From a virus (taxonomy: Duplodnaviria > Caudoviricetes), in the IMG/VR virus record IMGVR_UViG_3300028886_000035, positions 160,001-224,000 of that record: DNA of 64,000 bases. The stretch is one strand, 5' to 3'. Both the position numbers and the translations under genes were made by a program. The notes beneath the pieces are model-generated. The model was not told the DNA's origin and did not search any database. It worked only from the letters and a program-made list of their open reading frames with translations. Positions 10,550 to 21,603 of this stretch are shown piece after piece. Position 1 is the first letter of the stretch, and every line of letters begins with the position of its first letter.

Positions 10550-10913
10550 TGACGAAAGGAAGGGAATAAAATCCCTTCCTTTTTTGTTTTCTATACTATC
10601 AGAAATCATCTCTAGCAGGTGTTTATCTATGATTAGGTATTCTGATACCTGTTAGCATTTTGAAATGACATACAAACAAAATAGGATGTAATAATCATTG
10701 TTACAAAATTGTGCAAGATAAAACATTTTACATTTTATGATTATGGATTGAAAATTTGTAAAATGTTTTATCTTTGATTGCATACGCATATAGTATACAT
10801 TTTTAGAAAAAGTTTTTTCTTGTATACATATAAAAACTATTGACATTGATACTAAAAAGAGTATAATAGTAAGTGTCAAAGGGAAATGGTTCAAACAAAT
10901 GGAGGTTTTAGAA

Positions 10914-10991
10914 ATGGAGTATGCAATCGGTTATATGGCATTTGCTATCGTTGTTTGTAGAACATGGAATGACTTTGTGAATATATTCTAA
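10914..10991 (+). CDS. 25-aa hydrophobic peptide MEYAIGYMAFAIVVCRTWNDFVNIF
   Basis: own TTGACA/TATAAT promoter (10840-10868) and GGAGG RBS; below the ORF-track size cutoff. Confidence 0.6.
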   Translation: MEYAIGYMAFAIVVCRTWNDFVNIF

Positions 10992-11157
10992 AATCCGTTC
11001 ACAAAAAAATCACCAAGCGATAAAAAAGTGCTTGACATTCTTCTCAAAGCGAGTATAATATAAAGTGTAAGGAACAAGAGAAAATGGATGATGCAATTGT
11101 AATTCTCAACAACTATATAAGAACAAAAATTAGAAGAAAACTAAGGAAGGAAAAATT

Positions 11158-11559
11158 ATGTTTGAGCAAAGAAAAAATATTCGAGATTTTGTAAATCGAC
11201 TTATAGAAGGTTTCCCAGAAAGCAAAAATCCTAAATGGAGATATATTTTATTCTTTAAAGATTCTATTAATGGCTTTGCATTTTCAGCACCTTATCTTGA
11301 CAAAAGAGAATGTCATGGACGAGTTATTCTTAACATCCCTCAAATATCGAATCTTTGTAAAGGAGACGGGAAAAGATTTGCTAGTTTTTTATTAATGAAC
11401 TTGTACCATGAAACACAACACACATATCAATTTGATTATATGAAAGAAAACAAATTAGATATAAGAAATTGTTTACTAAAACATCAAGAAAAATTAGAAA
11501 AACAAGCTATTGAAGCTATGAATAATCTAAAATATGATTTTGATTTTTCATATCTTTAA
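11158..11559 (+). CDS. HExxH-containing hypothetical protein (possible zincin)
   Basis: LYHETQH motif with a downstream E; promoter at 11032-11060. Confidence 0.7.
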   Translation: MFEQRKNIRDFVNRLIEGFPESKNPKWRYILFFKDSINGFAFSAPYLDKRECHGRVILNIPQISNLCKGDGKRFASFLLMNLYHETQHTYQFDYMKENKLDIRNCLLKHQEKLEKQAIEAMNNLKYDFDFSYL

Positions 11560-11849
11560 TTTGAGGGAAAATGTTTACTGTAATAAGTACGGTTCTGCCA
11601 GAACAGATACATTAGGGGATGAGAAATCATCCCCTAATTTTATTGTCTAATTTTTATATAAGGTAATTTTAATCTAGGTTGATTGACTTTAATTTATTTT
11701 TAATTATTGAAATGTTGTAAAATGTTTTATCTTAATTCATCAATAAAAATTTTTCAAAAAAATATACAAAACATGTTGACAAATAATTTACATAGTGCTA
11801 TACTATATTTGTAAGGTTGATAGAGATAAAATAAATGGAGGTAATCATT

Positions 11850-12083
11850 ATGGTACTGACAGAAAAAGATGTATGGGATATTTTAGAACATGGTCGAATT
11901 CGTAATATGCCCGAAAAGACGTTTATTGGAGGTCTTACTCAACCCGATGGACAATCGTTTCCGATTGATGTATTAGACACAGGATGGGCAGGTTGCCGTT
12001 TTCATTTAGAAACTGAATTATTGAAAGCGTTAGGTGGTATTGAATTTTGGTTAGTTATTGATAAGGGAAATTGGGAGGAGTGA
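11850..12083 (+). CDS. hypothetical protein
   Basis: GGAGG RBS, promoter at ~11776, terminator at ~12091-12118. Confidence 0.8.
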   Translation: MVLTEKDVWDILEHGRIRNMPEKTFIGGLTQPDGQSFPIDVLDTGWAGCRFHLETELLKALGGIEFWLVIDKGNWEE

Positions 12084-12397
12084 TTTAATCAGATGGGGAG
12101 TACTCCCCATCTTTTTTAATATAAAATATTAAAACATTTTACAATTTTTGTTCGGTATAATTTTTGTAAAATGTTTTATGGCTTGACTATATGATTTTGT
12201 ATATAAGATACATAAAAAAAGTATTGACAATGATAGCGCAGTATGTTATTATAAAGACAGTTAAGCGGTCACAATCATTATTAAACACAAAAAATTTCAA
12301 AAAAAATAATAAAAAAATTCTTGACAAAATAACATATATATGATATACTAAAGTCAAGAAATGAGAGATATGGTTCACAAGAAAGGAAGTAATTACA

Positions 12398-12691
12398 ATG
12401 AAATTCGCAGACGTTAAAGTTTACAACATGACCTCCCACAACACGGAACGTGAAGTTCCGAATCAGTTTAAAATCCATGCCAATGGTGGTGTATATTTTC
12501 AGAGTTACAATACGGTTATTGCTTTTGTAAAGGATAATCACGTATCAATCATTCGTGGTGGTCTTGACTACTCTACGACTACAAACAAATGGTTGTATCA
12601 GTTCTTAGAGGAAGAAGCAGGGTTATGGCAATTGAATAAACGCAAGGTTTCCAAAATGATGGAAAGCGGTGAGATTGAAACTGTGGAGTAA
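12398..12691 (+). CDS. conserved phage hypothetical protein (FQSY...DYS.TT.K motif)
   Basis: 97 aa, RBS, promoter, terminator. Confidence 0.85.
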   Translation: MKFADVKVYNMTSHNTEREVPNQFKIHANGGVYFQSYNTVIAFVKDNHVSIIRGGLDYSTTTNKWLYQFLEEEAGLWQLNKRKVSKMMESGEIETVE

Positions 12692-12921
12692 AATTCACAT
12701 AGGGAGGGCGGAAGCCCTCTTTTTATTTGCCTTAAATTTTTTCTAATTAAATTTTAAGGTTGATTGACTATTGTAATAAATTGATTTTTGTAAAATGTTT
12801 TATTCACTATACCTACTGAAAAATTTTTCAAAAAATATAAAAAAGTTCTTGACATACATAATATTATATGGTATACTGTTTACAGAGATAAGGAAATAGA
12901 CAAATTCAGGAGGTAATTGAA

Positions 12922-13179
12922 ATGTACTACTACGTTAAAGAAGTTGCGTCTCGTGATGGGAAATTCAGAGGAAAAGAGGATATTAAAATCCGTAAATTCA
13001 AAACTTACGCAAGAGCGCAGATTGCATTTAACAAGAGCGCAAATGCTTTGCGTGAAATGATGGATAAAGCCCTTGCGAATGGCGCAGATTTTACGAAAGA
13101 TGATAATAATGTAAGTCTGTTGATGTATTACAGTAACCGTTCGTATAGAAGGTTTGGCGTTACACTTTATAAGCATTAA
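12922..13179 (+). CDS. hypothetical basic protein
   Basis: 85 aa, AGGAGG RBS, promoter at ~12849. Confidence 0.8.
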   Translation: MYYYVKEVASRDGKFRGKEDIKIRKFKTYARAQIAFNKSANALREMMDKALANGADFTKDDNNVSLLMYYSNRSYRRFGVTLYKH

Positions 13180-13221
13180 AAAATACCTGCTAGAAACATA
13201 ATCTAGCAGGTATTTTTTTTG
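13178..13221. terminator. bidirectional terminator where the plus and minus arms of the array converge
   Basis: AAAAAATACCTGCTAGA-AACATAA-TCTAGCAGGTATTTTTTT. Confidence 0.85.
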
Positions 13222-13363
13222 TAATGTATTCTAATAAAGTTTTAATCTAGGTTGATTGACTATTGTAAAATGTTTTATCAAATATCAAAATGTGAGCATA
13301 AAACATTTTACAGAAACACAAAAGTAAAAAAATACGTATGAATCATTCATACGTATTTGATAT

Positions 13364-13792
13364 TTACATAGCGTTTTCTGCCATAGCCCAATATAACTGA
13401 TATTCAATATCATATTTACCTGCATTGTGAGTAATTTTCTTGCCTTTTAGATAATACGTTACATATACATTATCATCAAATTTATAATGTACCATTTCCA
13501 TTTTAACAGGGATACGATGGGAATAGTTATCCATAATGACCATAGTTCCAATATGCTTACATGGGATAATATATCCTTTGTAAATCTCATGCTTACGTCC
13601 TGCCTTGTCTTTATACACCCTTACTTTAACCACATCATTCTCTAGTGCTAAGTACTGATTATTTACTGTATCAGATACAAGCAGGTAATTTGTGTTACCA
13701 TTGACGTATTGTGTTTGGTATGGTTTTATGTTTGCAAAGGCAATAGAAGAATAAAACAACAACATAAGCGTAAGCATAACAATCTTTTTCAT
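13364..13792 (-). CDS. secreted protein with signal peptide
   Basis: MKK + hydrophobic core + AFA cleavage motif; GGAGG RBS. Confidence 0.8.
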   Translation of the reverse strand: MKKIVMLTLMLLFYSSIAFANIKPYQTQYVNGNTNYLLVSDTVNNQYLALENDVVKVRVYKDKAGRKHEIYKGYIIPCKHIGTMVIMDNYSHRIPVKMEMVHYKFDDNVYVTYYLKGKKITHNAGKYDIEYQLYWAMAENAM

Positions 13793-13809
13793 TTTATAAA
13801 ACCTCCATA

Positions 13810-14235
13810 TTAAACCGTTTTGATAAATGTATATTCTGTTACATTTACTTCTCCTTTAGGAATATCGTTCAATTTCTCTAGCATAGCATTGTGCTTAATG
13901 CGTCTCTTGCTAGGATTTGTCAACGCTTCAATCTCTTTCATATTGCGCTTATCCCTGCTTGTAGGGAAAGACACAATAAGTTCCCCCATTACATTAAATG
14001 TGATAGTTTCTTGACTTTTATCAAAGTCATAGCTTGTCACATTCGGACAATCAATCATACCATACCTAATTTCACCCTGCATGAGATATTTTGCCATATA
14101 CTGATAATAGGTATCAGTAGGGTTATCTTCACGATGAGACAAAATGTAATTATGGATATTTTTTGTTACCGTTCCTTTTACATGAAAAAGGAAGTTTGTA
14201 TTGTCTACATTTTTGAAAATATCGTCATTGTACAT
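13810..14235 (-). CDS. hypothetical protein
   Basis: 141 aa, RBS and promoter. Confidence 0.8.
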   Translation of the reverse strand: MYNDDIFKNVDNTNFLFHVKGTVTKNIHNYILSHREDNPTDTYYQYMAKYLMQGEIRYGMIDCPNVTSYDFDKSQETITFNVMGELIVSFPTSRDKRNMKEIEALTNPSKRRIKHNAMLEKLNDIPKGEVNVTEYTFIKTV

Positions 14236-14348
14236 TTTAATCTTTCCTTTCTGCTATTTATATATAAAGTATACCATAAAAATGGATATTTGTCAATATA
14301 AATTATATAATAAAAGGCACGATGTTTTTACGCATCGTGCTTTTTTTG

Positions 14349-14534
14349 TTAATTCATTTCTTCCGCAGACCCTTCAATCACGGCAGGGTCATCTGATTCT
14401 GAAATATGAAAGTCTGAATTTGGAATTTCATCCAACTTATCCCATGCAATGGATTCTGCTTCTTCAGCACTTTCCGCTTCTATTTCCACAACTGCAAAGG
14501 CAGGAAGTTCAACGACAACATTATACTTTTTCAT
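14349..14534 (-). CDS. small acidic protein (VEIEAESAEEA motif)
   Basis: start re-assigned downstream of the promoter and the GAAAGGA RBS. Confidence 0.75.
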   Translation of the reverse strand: MKKYNVVVELPAFAVVEIEAESAEEAESIAWDKLDEIPNSDFHISESDDPAVIEGSAEEMN

Positions 14535-14769
14535 CCTAATCATGTCCTTTCTTTTGATGGGTTGTTTTTCAATTTCTGTATTTATTATAGCGCACAATTC
14601 GCAATTTGTCAATAGGTTTTTTATATTTTTTGATAAATTTAACCGAATAAAATGTGATAAATATTCGTATAAAACATTTTACAAAAATTGTTTGTATGTG
14701 GATTGTAAAATGTTTTATTTTAATATGCAAATAAAAAGGACGGATATTCAATATCCGTCCCAAAGAGGA

Positions 14770-15245
14770 TTATTCGTCCTCGTCATCACCATCAAACAGA
14801 GTGTCCCAACATTCCGCGCCCGTCCCGCTAATAAGCACCTCGCGCTCGTCAGCACCGTTCATTCCCATTCGATATATGCGACACTCCCGCGCTTTTTAAG
14901 CACGAGCTTTTCATCGTGTTCAATCGCTATGTAAATCGGATTTGAAGAAAATAAGTATGCGTCAGGAATCTTATCCGTTGGTTCTACGTCCTGAATCTTT
15001 AAGACAAGAAACTCGTCGTTTCCATTGTCTCGATTCGCATTCCTTGTATCGAAGCTGGCCTTGGTTATGGCGCAACGCTCATAACCATCTCCGCCGGAAC
15101 GGATTTCTTCCACATCCATATCACAGAGAAAATTTTCGATGGCAGTTTCAACCTCGTCTTGCTTTCTCCAGTCTCCGCGCTGGAACGCTCCGAAGAGGTC
15201 TTTGTCGAATACGAATGTAAGTTTCTTCATGTCACTTGACAACAT
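14770..15245 (-). CDS. hypothetical acidic protein, probable frameshift at 14893-14897 (unshifted stop at 14859)
   Basis: AGGAGG RBS at ATG 15245; a second frame continues to TAA 14770 just before the terminator. Confidence 0.6.
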
Positions 15246-16011
15246 AGTACATACCTCCTGTGAACTATCTCTTGTTCCCTTCGACACTTATATAATAGCA
15301 TACTACGGAAAGTTTGTCAACACTTTTTTTATAAAAAATGCAAAAAAAATTTGCATCAACGTATGAAATTTGTCAGACATTTTACATCTAAAACCTTCAA
15401 AAAACATTCCTTTCTACTAAATTGAATGTTTTCTCTACCAATATATTATCAAATAATGTGTACCAATATTTTTTGTATCAAAAATGTCTGAAAATTGTTT
15501 ATGCTATAAAAAGCCTTGCGATTATCATATCGCAAGGCTTCTCTTTATTCTAAATAAATATATATATATGAATTACTTAGCCCATTGGAATCATGTCCCT
15601 TCTATATGGATTGAAACCTAGCTTTTCTTGAACCATCGTGGTTAACATTTCTAAATAACAATAATAATATATATGTTCTCACTCGCTAGAGTTTATTCAG
15701 CTTTTTCTTCATTCTGCTCACTTCCTTTCCCCTTGGATTGATTATATTGTATCATAACTGAACTACTTTGTCAACAGTTTTTTAAATTTTTTTCTTTAAG
15801 GTATCAACATCATAAACAGTTCCGTTCAATTGTTTCATTTCCTTATCTCTGATTATATGATACCACACACAAAACAATTTGTCAACACTTTTTTATAAAA
15901 AATGCAATTTTTTTGACCATAAAACATTTTACAATTTATAAAAACAGAATTTTTGTAAAATGTTTTATTTTGTTTCAATAACAAAAAAAAGAGAGTTTCC
16001 CCTCTTTTTCA

Positions 16012-16347
16012 TTAAATACACCCACCACAAGAGCCATAAATCCAATCACAATCGCTAATTGCGTCATACAGTTCTTCATACTGTGAAGAATCAATAGGAA
16101 GTGATTTGACCCATTGATTCTTAGCCAACCATGCGTCAAATGGTAATCCCTGATGTACTGTTTCCCATACATCTACCCAATCTTCAAAATGCCATTGTTG
16201 ATAATCGTTCTCCGTATTCATAGGAGAACCCTGCAAGTCAACAGGGATACAGTCAGAAACATCATTACCATTGATGGTAATGACCCAACGACCTGAACAC
16301 AAGCAAGGATATGAGCCGGTCCATTCAACTTTGATTTCCTTTTTCAT
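16012..16347 (-). CDS. conserved phage protein (YPCLCSG...CGGCI, probable Zn binding)
   Basis: 111 aa, promoter, RBS, terminator. Confidence 0.85.
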   Translation of the reverse strand: MKKEIKVEWTGSYPCLCSGRWVITINGNDVSDCIPVDLQGSPMNTENDYQQWHFEDWVDVWETVHQGLPFDAWLAKNQWVKSLPIDSSQYEELYDAISDCDWIYGSCGGCI

Positions 16348-16700
16348 TATGTATCAGCCCTTTCAATTTGCTTAACCTTATGTATTAAATATAACACAGA
16401 ATATACATTTTGTCAACATTTTTTTATTGACGAAATAAAAATTTTTGTATTTATAGCACTACGTTCAAAACATCATACGCATAAAACACATGGTCTAAAT
16501 CACTTTATTTTTGTCTCTAAGGTGATTTAATTATAAAATAGGTATAGCTATATGCACTGATAAATAAAATCGCTTATACGCGAAATAGGAAGCAACTAAA
16601 GTAATTACACAACTTTCACAAAATTCATTTTGTAAAATGTTTTATATATGAATAATGATAAAGAGGTGAGATTTTTATTCTCACCTCTTTATCATTTTCT

Positions 16701-17198
16701 TTAATCGTCAATATCAGGAATTTCTGATGTATCCTCTCCCATTTCGTCAAGTTCGTCAATCAAATCATCATATTCGCTTGACAGTTCATTAAGTTCATCG
16801 TTAAAATCGTCGAAAGAACTATAGTTTTCACGATTTTCCATGAGATAATCGTTATCAATATCGTCACCGAATTGGTTAATCACATCCCACGCGCAACCGC
16901 TATGTGCGTTACCATATCCATCAAACCAAAAATACTCGTCACCTGTCCGAAAGTCATTTCCGATACGGTCAACGATTTCCGTAGGCGAAAGACCTTCCAT
17001 AAGTTCATCAAATGAACTCATGTATTCAGGATGTTCATAGGAATTGTCGTTACAATAATCAATGATAATTCCAATCTTGATGTCATCGTCAAGGTTATCG
17101 AAAACATCATTAATATTTTCGATTTTGTTCTGATACTCATTACGAATTTCTTCAAGGCGGTTCATGATTTCTTCTTTCGACATTTTAATCATCTCCAT
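16701..17198 (-). CDS. highly acidic protein (DEYFWFDGYGN motif), DNA-mimic candidate
   Basis: 165 aa, D/E-rich; own promoter and terminator. Confidence 0.8.
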   Translation of the reverse strand: MEMIKMSKEEIMNRLEEIRNEYQNKIENINDVFDNLDDDIKIGIIIDYCNDNSYEHPEYMSSFDELMEGLSPTEIVDRIGNDFRTGDEYFWFDGYGNAHSGCAWDVINQFGDDIDNDYLMENRENYSSFDDFNDELNELSSEYDDLIDELDEMGEDTSEIPDIDD

Positions 17199-17230
17199 TT
17201 AGTAAACCTTTTGTTTCTCTCTATGGTTAT

Positions 17231-17259
17231 ATAGTACCATATCTGATTTCGTTTGTCAA
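17231..17259 (-). promoter_or_regulatory. promoter TTGACA-N17-TACTAT followed by conserved leader ATAACCATAGAGA
   Basis: the same leader recurs at ~19161, 19491, 20420, 27945, 28750, 30153, 36608, 37610, 42003, 44937, 45746. Confidence 0.85.
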
Positions 17260-17462
17260 GAAGTTTTTTATATTTTTTTGATTTTGATTTTTGTACTTTT
17301 TTCTCTTGACACTTATATAGTATCATATATGTATAACTATGTCAAGATATTTTTTATATTTTTTTCTATAATAAAACATTTTACAAAAATTATAATATAT
17401 AAAATTGTAAAATGTTTTATCTCTATATATAGAAAAAAGCAGGGATTTCCCTGCTTTTTTTC

Positions 17463-17780
17463 TTATTCTCCCATTTGTTCCCAAATATCACGCTTTACCA
17501 TTTCATCTTGAACTTCGGCATAGTTTATATCTTGTTCCAAATCACGCTCTGTTACGGGCTTATCATAATTATAGCAGAACATTACACCTCTTTTCAAATA
17601 ATGAATGTATTCGCTATGAATATTATAGCGAAACCAATAATCACCTTCACCTGTGAATTTACAGAAAACATAATCCGCAAACACTTGACCATTATAACGG
17701 TCATAATGAATTTCAACTGCCGTAGCACCGAAAACCTTCATGCTATTCATCATTTCAACCGCTTTTTTTAAACCCTTCAT
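17463..17780 (-). CDS. hypothetical protein (possible paralog of 35365-35637)
   Basis: 105 aa, AGGAGG RBS, promoter, terminator. Confidence 0.8.
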   Translation of the reverse strand: MKGLKKAVEMMNSMKVFGATAVEIHYDRYNGQVFADYVFCKFTGEGDYWFRYNIHSEYIHYLKRGVMFCYNYDKPVTERDLEQDINYAEVQDEMVKRDIWEQMGE

Positions 17781-17977
17781 TTTGAAAACCTCCTATTAAC
17801 GAACCATTTCCTTAACTCTGATATTAGTATAGCATGTATTGATATATTTGTCAATAACTTTTTTATATTTTTTTTTGATAATAAAACATTTTACAAAAAA
17901 CACATAAAACGCAATAATGTAAAATGTTTTATGATAATATATCAAAAAAAGAGGAATTTAATTATCCCTCCTGTTGG

Positions 17978-18526
17978 TTAATCCATATAAAACTCTTTAC
18001 TACCGCAAGTGCAAGTGTAATTTTTTGCACCATTTCTCATAACCGCTTTGACAAATTTTGACATTTTATGATAACGCCACGTAGCACCACACTTAGCACA
18101 ATGGCAAACATAGGTTTTACGATTAACATTGGCTTTTACAACCTCTCTTACGCTATCATATGCTTCTTTTGACGCATACGTGCCAATTTTTGTTCCGTAA
18201 ATACGGTTTACCCTACGTGCCATTTCTTGAAACTTTGCGCCATGATGATTCATTTTACAATATGGCATAGCATGAATTAGCTCATGTAAAAGAGTTTCCT
18301 TAATAGCTTCTTTGCTACCCTCTTTTACAAGGATATTAGAAATCTCAATGGTAGCCGTTTTCATTCTGTAGTTACAGGAACAAGTACCATATACCTTATA
18401 TTTTCTTGCATTGAATTTAACAGAAATCGGATAAACAGAAAACCCATATTCAATCAATTCTTCTCTATATGCGTAAAGCATATCAACAATTTTCTGTTTT
18501 TGTTCATTCGCAATTTCCGTAACCAT
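17978..18526 (-). CDS. SprT-like zinc metalloprotease with C-terminal Cys knuckle
   Basis: YG.C...ETLLHELIH...HHG.KF...CAKC...CTCG. Confidence 0.85.
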   Translation of the reverse strand: MVTEIANEQKQKIVDMLYAYREELIEYGFSVYPISVKFNARKYKVYGTCSCNYRMKTATIEISNILVKEGSKEAIKETLLHELIHAMPYCKMNHHGAKFQEMARRVNRIYGTKIGTYASKEAYDSVREVVKANVNRKTYVCHCAKCGATWRYHKMSKFVKAVMRNGAKNYTCTCGSKEFYMD

Positions 18527-18725
18527 TTTTTGAAACCTCCTAAATTTGAACCATTTGTTTCTCTATGCTTATATACTACCACAAATTGATAATTTTGTCA
18601 ACAGTTTTTTTATAAGCAAATTTCGTGCTTAAAACATTTTACAAAAAAACGTATTGACGAATAAATGTAAAATGTTTTATTTCGATATATCAAAAAGAGG
18701 AAGGGTAAAATCTCCCTCTTTTCTT

Positions 18726-19124
18726 TTATCCCATAGCGGGATTTTCCTTTTTGAACTCTCTATAGTTCAGATGGAAAACATTTGAAACACTATCCACAAG
18801 CGTTTTGCGGATATTCACGAATAATGTTTCAATACGCAAGTGTTTTGCAAGGTGCTTGTAAATATAGCCATTTTTCGTCTGCCAACGCATAACAAGACGA
18901 ACGGCATCCTTGCCATTGTCACGCATTTTATTCGTGCGTTTATCCACCGCGCTATAGATTAAAATATCCACAACGGGATTTTTTGTTTTCATTTTATAGA
19001 CATATTCATACGTTTCTGTTTCTGGAACAAAATTCCCGATGTAGGCAAGATGATAAGCATCTGCCATTTTACGCATGGTCTGTACAAACTGTGCTTTTGT
19101 GTATCGTGTGTATTTCGTAGTCAT
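18726..19124 (-). CDS. conserved hypothetical protein (IYS.VDKRT...R..GKDAVR)
   Basis: AGGAGG RBS before ATG 19124. Confidence 0.8.
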   Translation of the reverse strand: MTTKYTRYTKAQFVQTMRKMADAYHLAYIGNFVPETETYEYVYKMKTKNPVVDILIYSAVDKRTNKMRDNGKDAVRLVMRWQTKNGYIYKHLAKHLRIETLFVNIRKTLVDSVSNVFHLNYREFKKENPAMG

Positions 19125-19288
19125 GATGTATTTCCTCCTGTATTTCAAACCGTGTTTCTCTCTATGGTTATATATTACCATAGAACGGATATTTTGTCAA
19201 TAGGTTTTTTATAAAAAATATCTTTTTATAAAACATTTTACAAATCCATACAAATAAAAAAAGCAGATACATAAGCATTTGCCACAAA

Positions 19289-19450
19289 TCAAACCCAACG
19301 TTTAAGCTCACGCTTTACATCCCTCTCGCGCTTCTGAGCGCGCTTATCGGGAATAACCTTGCAAGCATACTGATTACTTGCAAGACTAGCAAGCGTAGAA
19401 CTTGCATGGTGAACTTTATGGTGGGCATTTGCTTTTTCAATCTTCGTCAT
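19289..19450 (-). CDS. small basic protein
   Basis: 53 aa, GGAGG RBS, own promoter. Confidence 0.7.
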   Translation of the reverse strand: MTKIEKANAHHKVHHASSTLASLASNQYACKVIPDKRAQKRERDVKRELKRWV

Positions 19451-19660
19451 CTTAAATCTACCTCCAAAGTGTTTAACCTTTTGTTTTTCTCTATGGTTAT
19501 ATATTATCACATCTTACACGTATTGTCAAGTATTTTTTTATACTTTTGTTGATAATAAAACATTTTACAAATTTGTGTAAATTGATTTTTGTAAAATGTT
19601 TTATGTTTAGTATATCAAAAAGAGGTGGAATATTCCACCTCTTCGTTAGAAATATTGTAA

Positions 19661-20104
19661 TTACTGATAAAGTTTGTACACACATGTTTCATCCATAATT
19701 TTCATAAGCTCATGGAAATTACCGTCAATCTCGTCAAATTCTGAGATAACTTCCTGCATACCACAGGAATGACCTCTGTCGTATGCAATAGAGAAAAGGT
19801 GGTCAAAAATCTTACGTCCGTTAGGAAAATCCTTGGCATAAGATTGCTGATATACCTTTTCACAAAGTTCGGCTTCGATGAGATTCAGTTCCTCACGCTC
19901 CTTCTTTTGCAGTTCTTTATACTCTGCTTTAAGCTGTTCCGAATATTTTTCTTTTCTTTCGGTAAGCTCTTTGATTGTTCCCGTTTGGGTTTCATCAAAT
20001 TCTTTTAGCTTTTTATCAGAAAAATTTCGAAAAGAACTGGGATATTTCCAATGGATTTGATTATAAGACTCTTCGTATTTTTTTACTTCTTCAAACATAT
20101 TCAT
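19661..20104 (-). CDS. hypothetical protein (AYDRGHS.G motif)
   Basis: 147 aa, GGAGG RBS. Confidence 0.8.
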   Translation of the reverse strand: MNMFEEVKKYEESYNQIHWKYPSSFRNFSDKKLKEFDETQTGTIKELTERKEKYSEQLKAEYKELQKKEREELNLIEAELCEKVYQQSYAKDFPNGRKIFDHLFSIAYDRGHSCGMQEVISEFDEIDGNFHELMKIMDETCVYKLYQ

Positions 20105-20129
20105 GTTTCATTACCTCCATTCAAAACAA

Positions 20130-20384
20130 TCAATAACCAATTTTGAAAACTGTTTCTCCGTCTTGCCAATCTTCTTCCTTGATTACAAAGCCTTCTCCAA
20201 TCAAGAAGGCTTTTGCAAATTCGCCTTTTTCTAAAGGAATTTCAATTAAGGCTTCGAAATCACCATCCATTAAAGAATCTTCAATTTGTTCAACGATTTC
20301 TCTTTTTGTTCCCTCGTCAAGTTTCCCAGCTTTTTCTTTCATCAAAGAGACTGTTTCTTGATGATACTTTTCGGCTAATGTCAT
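20130..20384 (-). CDS. hypothetical acidic protein
   Basis: 84 aa, AGGAG RBS, promoter. Confidence 0.8.
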   Translation of the reverse strand: MTLAEKYHQETVSLMKEKAGKLDEGTKREIVEQIEDSLMDGDFEALIEIPLEKGEFAKAFLIGEGFVIKEEDWQDGETVFKIGY

Positions 20385-20486
20385 GAAAATCCTCTCCTTT
20401 GTAGAACCTGTTGTTTTCTCTATGGTTATATATTATCATACTATAATCTATTTGTCAATACTTTTTATATAAAAATTTTATTCAGT

Positions 20487-20906
20487 TCAATTATAGTTTT
20501 TCAGTAACATAGTTATTCTAGTCATTGTATCAGTTACTTTTTGTTTTTGCTTATTGTTCATTGAATGATATTTTTTGAAAAATTTTTCCTCTCTCTTTTT
20601 TTCAAATTCAAACCCTTCACGATACTTTGGTATTTTTTTTAATTCATCAAATGAATAACTTTGTAGCTTACAAATTGTATCCTTTGTATCTTGTGTAATA
20701 TTTTTATTGTACCTACATTCTTCAATTTTATCATGGATAACACTAGAATGATAACTAATCTTATTGATATAAAATGTCATTTCATTACGAAATATTTTTT
20801 GTCTATCCATATCTTCATGAATATAATCTAAAATACCACAATAATATGCCATAGCATTTATATCAGAATAGCAATTATCCATAAGTTCTTTACTCATAGC
20901 ATCCAT
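20487..20906 (-). CDS. hypothetical protein
   Basis: 139 aa; weak similarity to the upstream neighbour. Confidence 0.75.
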   Translation of the reverse strand: MDAMSKELMDNCYSDINAMAYYCGILDYIHEDMDRQKIFRNEMTFYINKISYHSSVIHDKIEECRYNKNITQDTKDTICKLQSYSFDELKKIPKYREGFEFEKKREEKFFKKYHSMNNKQKQKVTDTMTRITMLLKNYN

Positions 20907-20923
20907 GATAAAAACCCTTTCAA

Positions 20924-21295
20924 TTAATCCATTTGATTTACTTTTTTAGTTAATTCAGTTTTGGCAAACGAATATCCTTTTTTGAAATTTGTTTCCTTAT
21001 TCAACATATCCGATATTACCAATTCATCAATAGTTGACTTTTTGATACAATCAATCTCTTTTCTCATTGTATCAGAAAATACACTTTCATCATATCCATT
21101 ATACGAAAGTAGACTGTTCTTGTAATTATTCAGTTTTTTATTCATCCTCGTTTTCATTTTATTTTGAGACACAAGCTCTTTTCGTTTCCCTTCACGACCA
21201 TTATATACCTTTGTTAGATATTTGTACTGACCTAAATCAAAACGAAAATCATTTACCATTTCATATACAATTTTTACCAAATCTGTATTAGTCAT
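20924..21295 (-). CDS. hypothetical protein
   Basis: start re-assigned to ATG 21295 after the AAGGGAG RBS. Confidence 0.75.
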   Translation of the reverse strand: MTNTDLVKIVYEMVNDFRFDLGQYKYLTKVYNGREGKRKELVSQNKMKTRMNKKLNNYKNSLLSYNGYDESVFSDTMRKEIDCIKKSTIDELVISDMLNKETNFKKGYSFAKTELTKKVNQMD

Positions 21296-21603
21296 TTTGA
21301 ACAACTCCCTTCTTGTTTCAATATAAGTATAACACACATACATACATAAAGTCAAGTATTTTTTTATTGCAATTAATTTTATAAAACATTTTACAATATC
21401 TATGTATATCAATCTGTAAAATGTTTTATCTATTTATTTGTAATAAAAATAATTACATTGTAGAATTGCCTACAAGTGTTATTAAAACACTACTACATAT
21501 AAATACTCGCATACTAGTATAAAACGCGCTACAGGCTAATTCTAGTGTATCAGAATAACAAAATAGCAGGGAATTTATTCCCTGCTATCATTTGAATTGC
21601 CTA

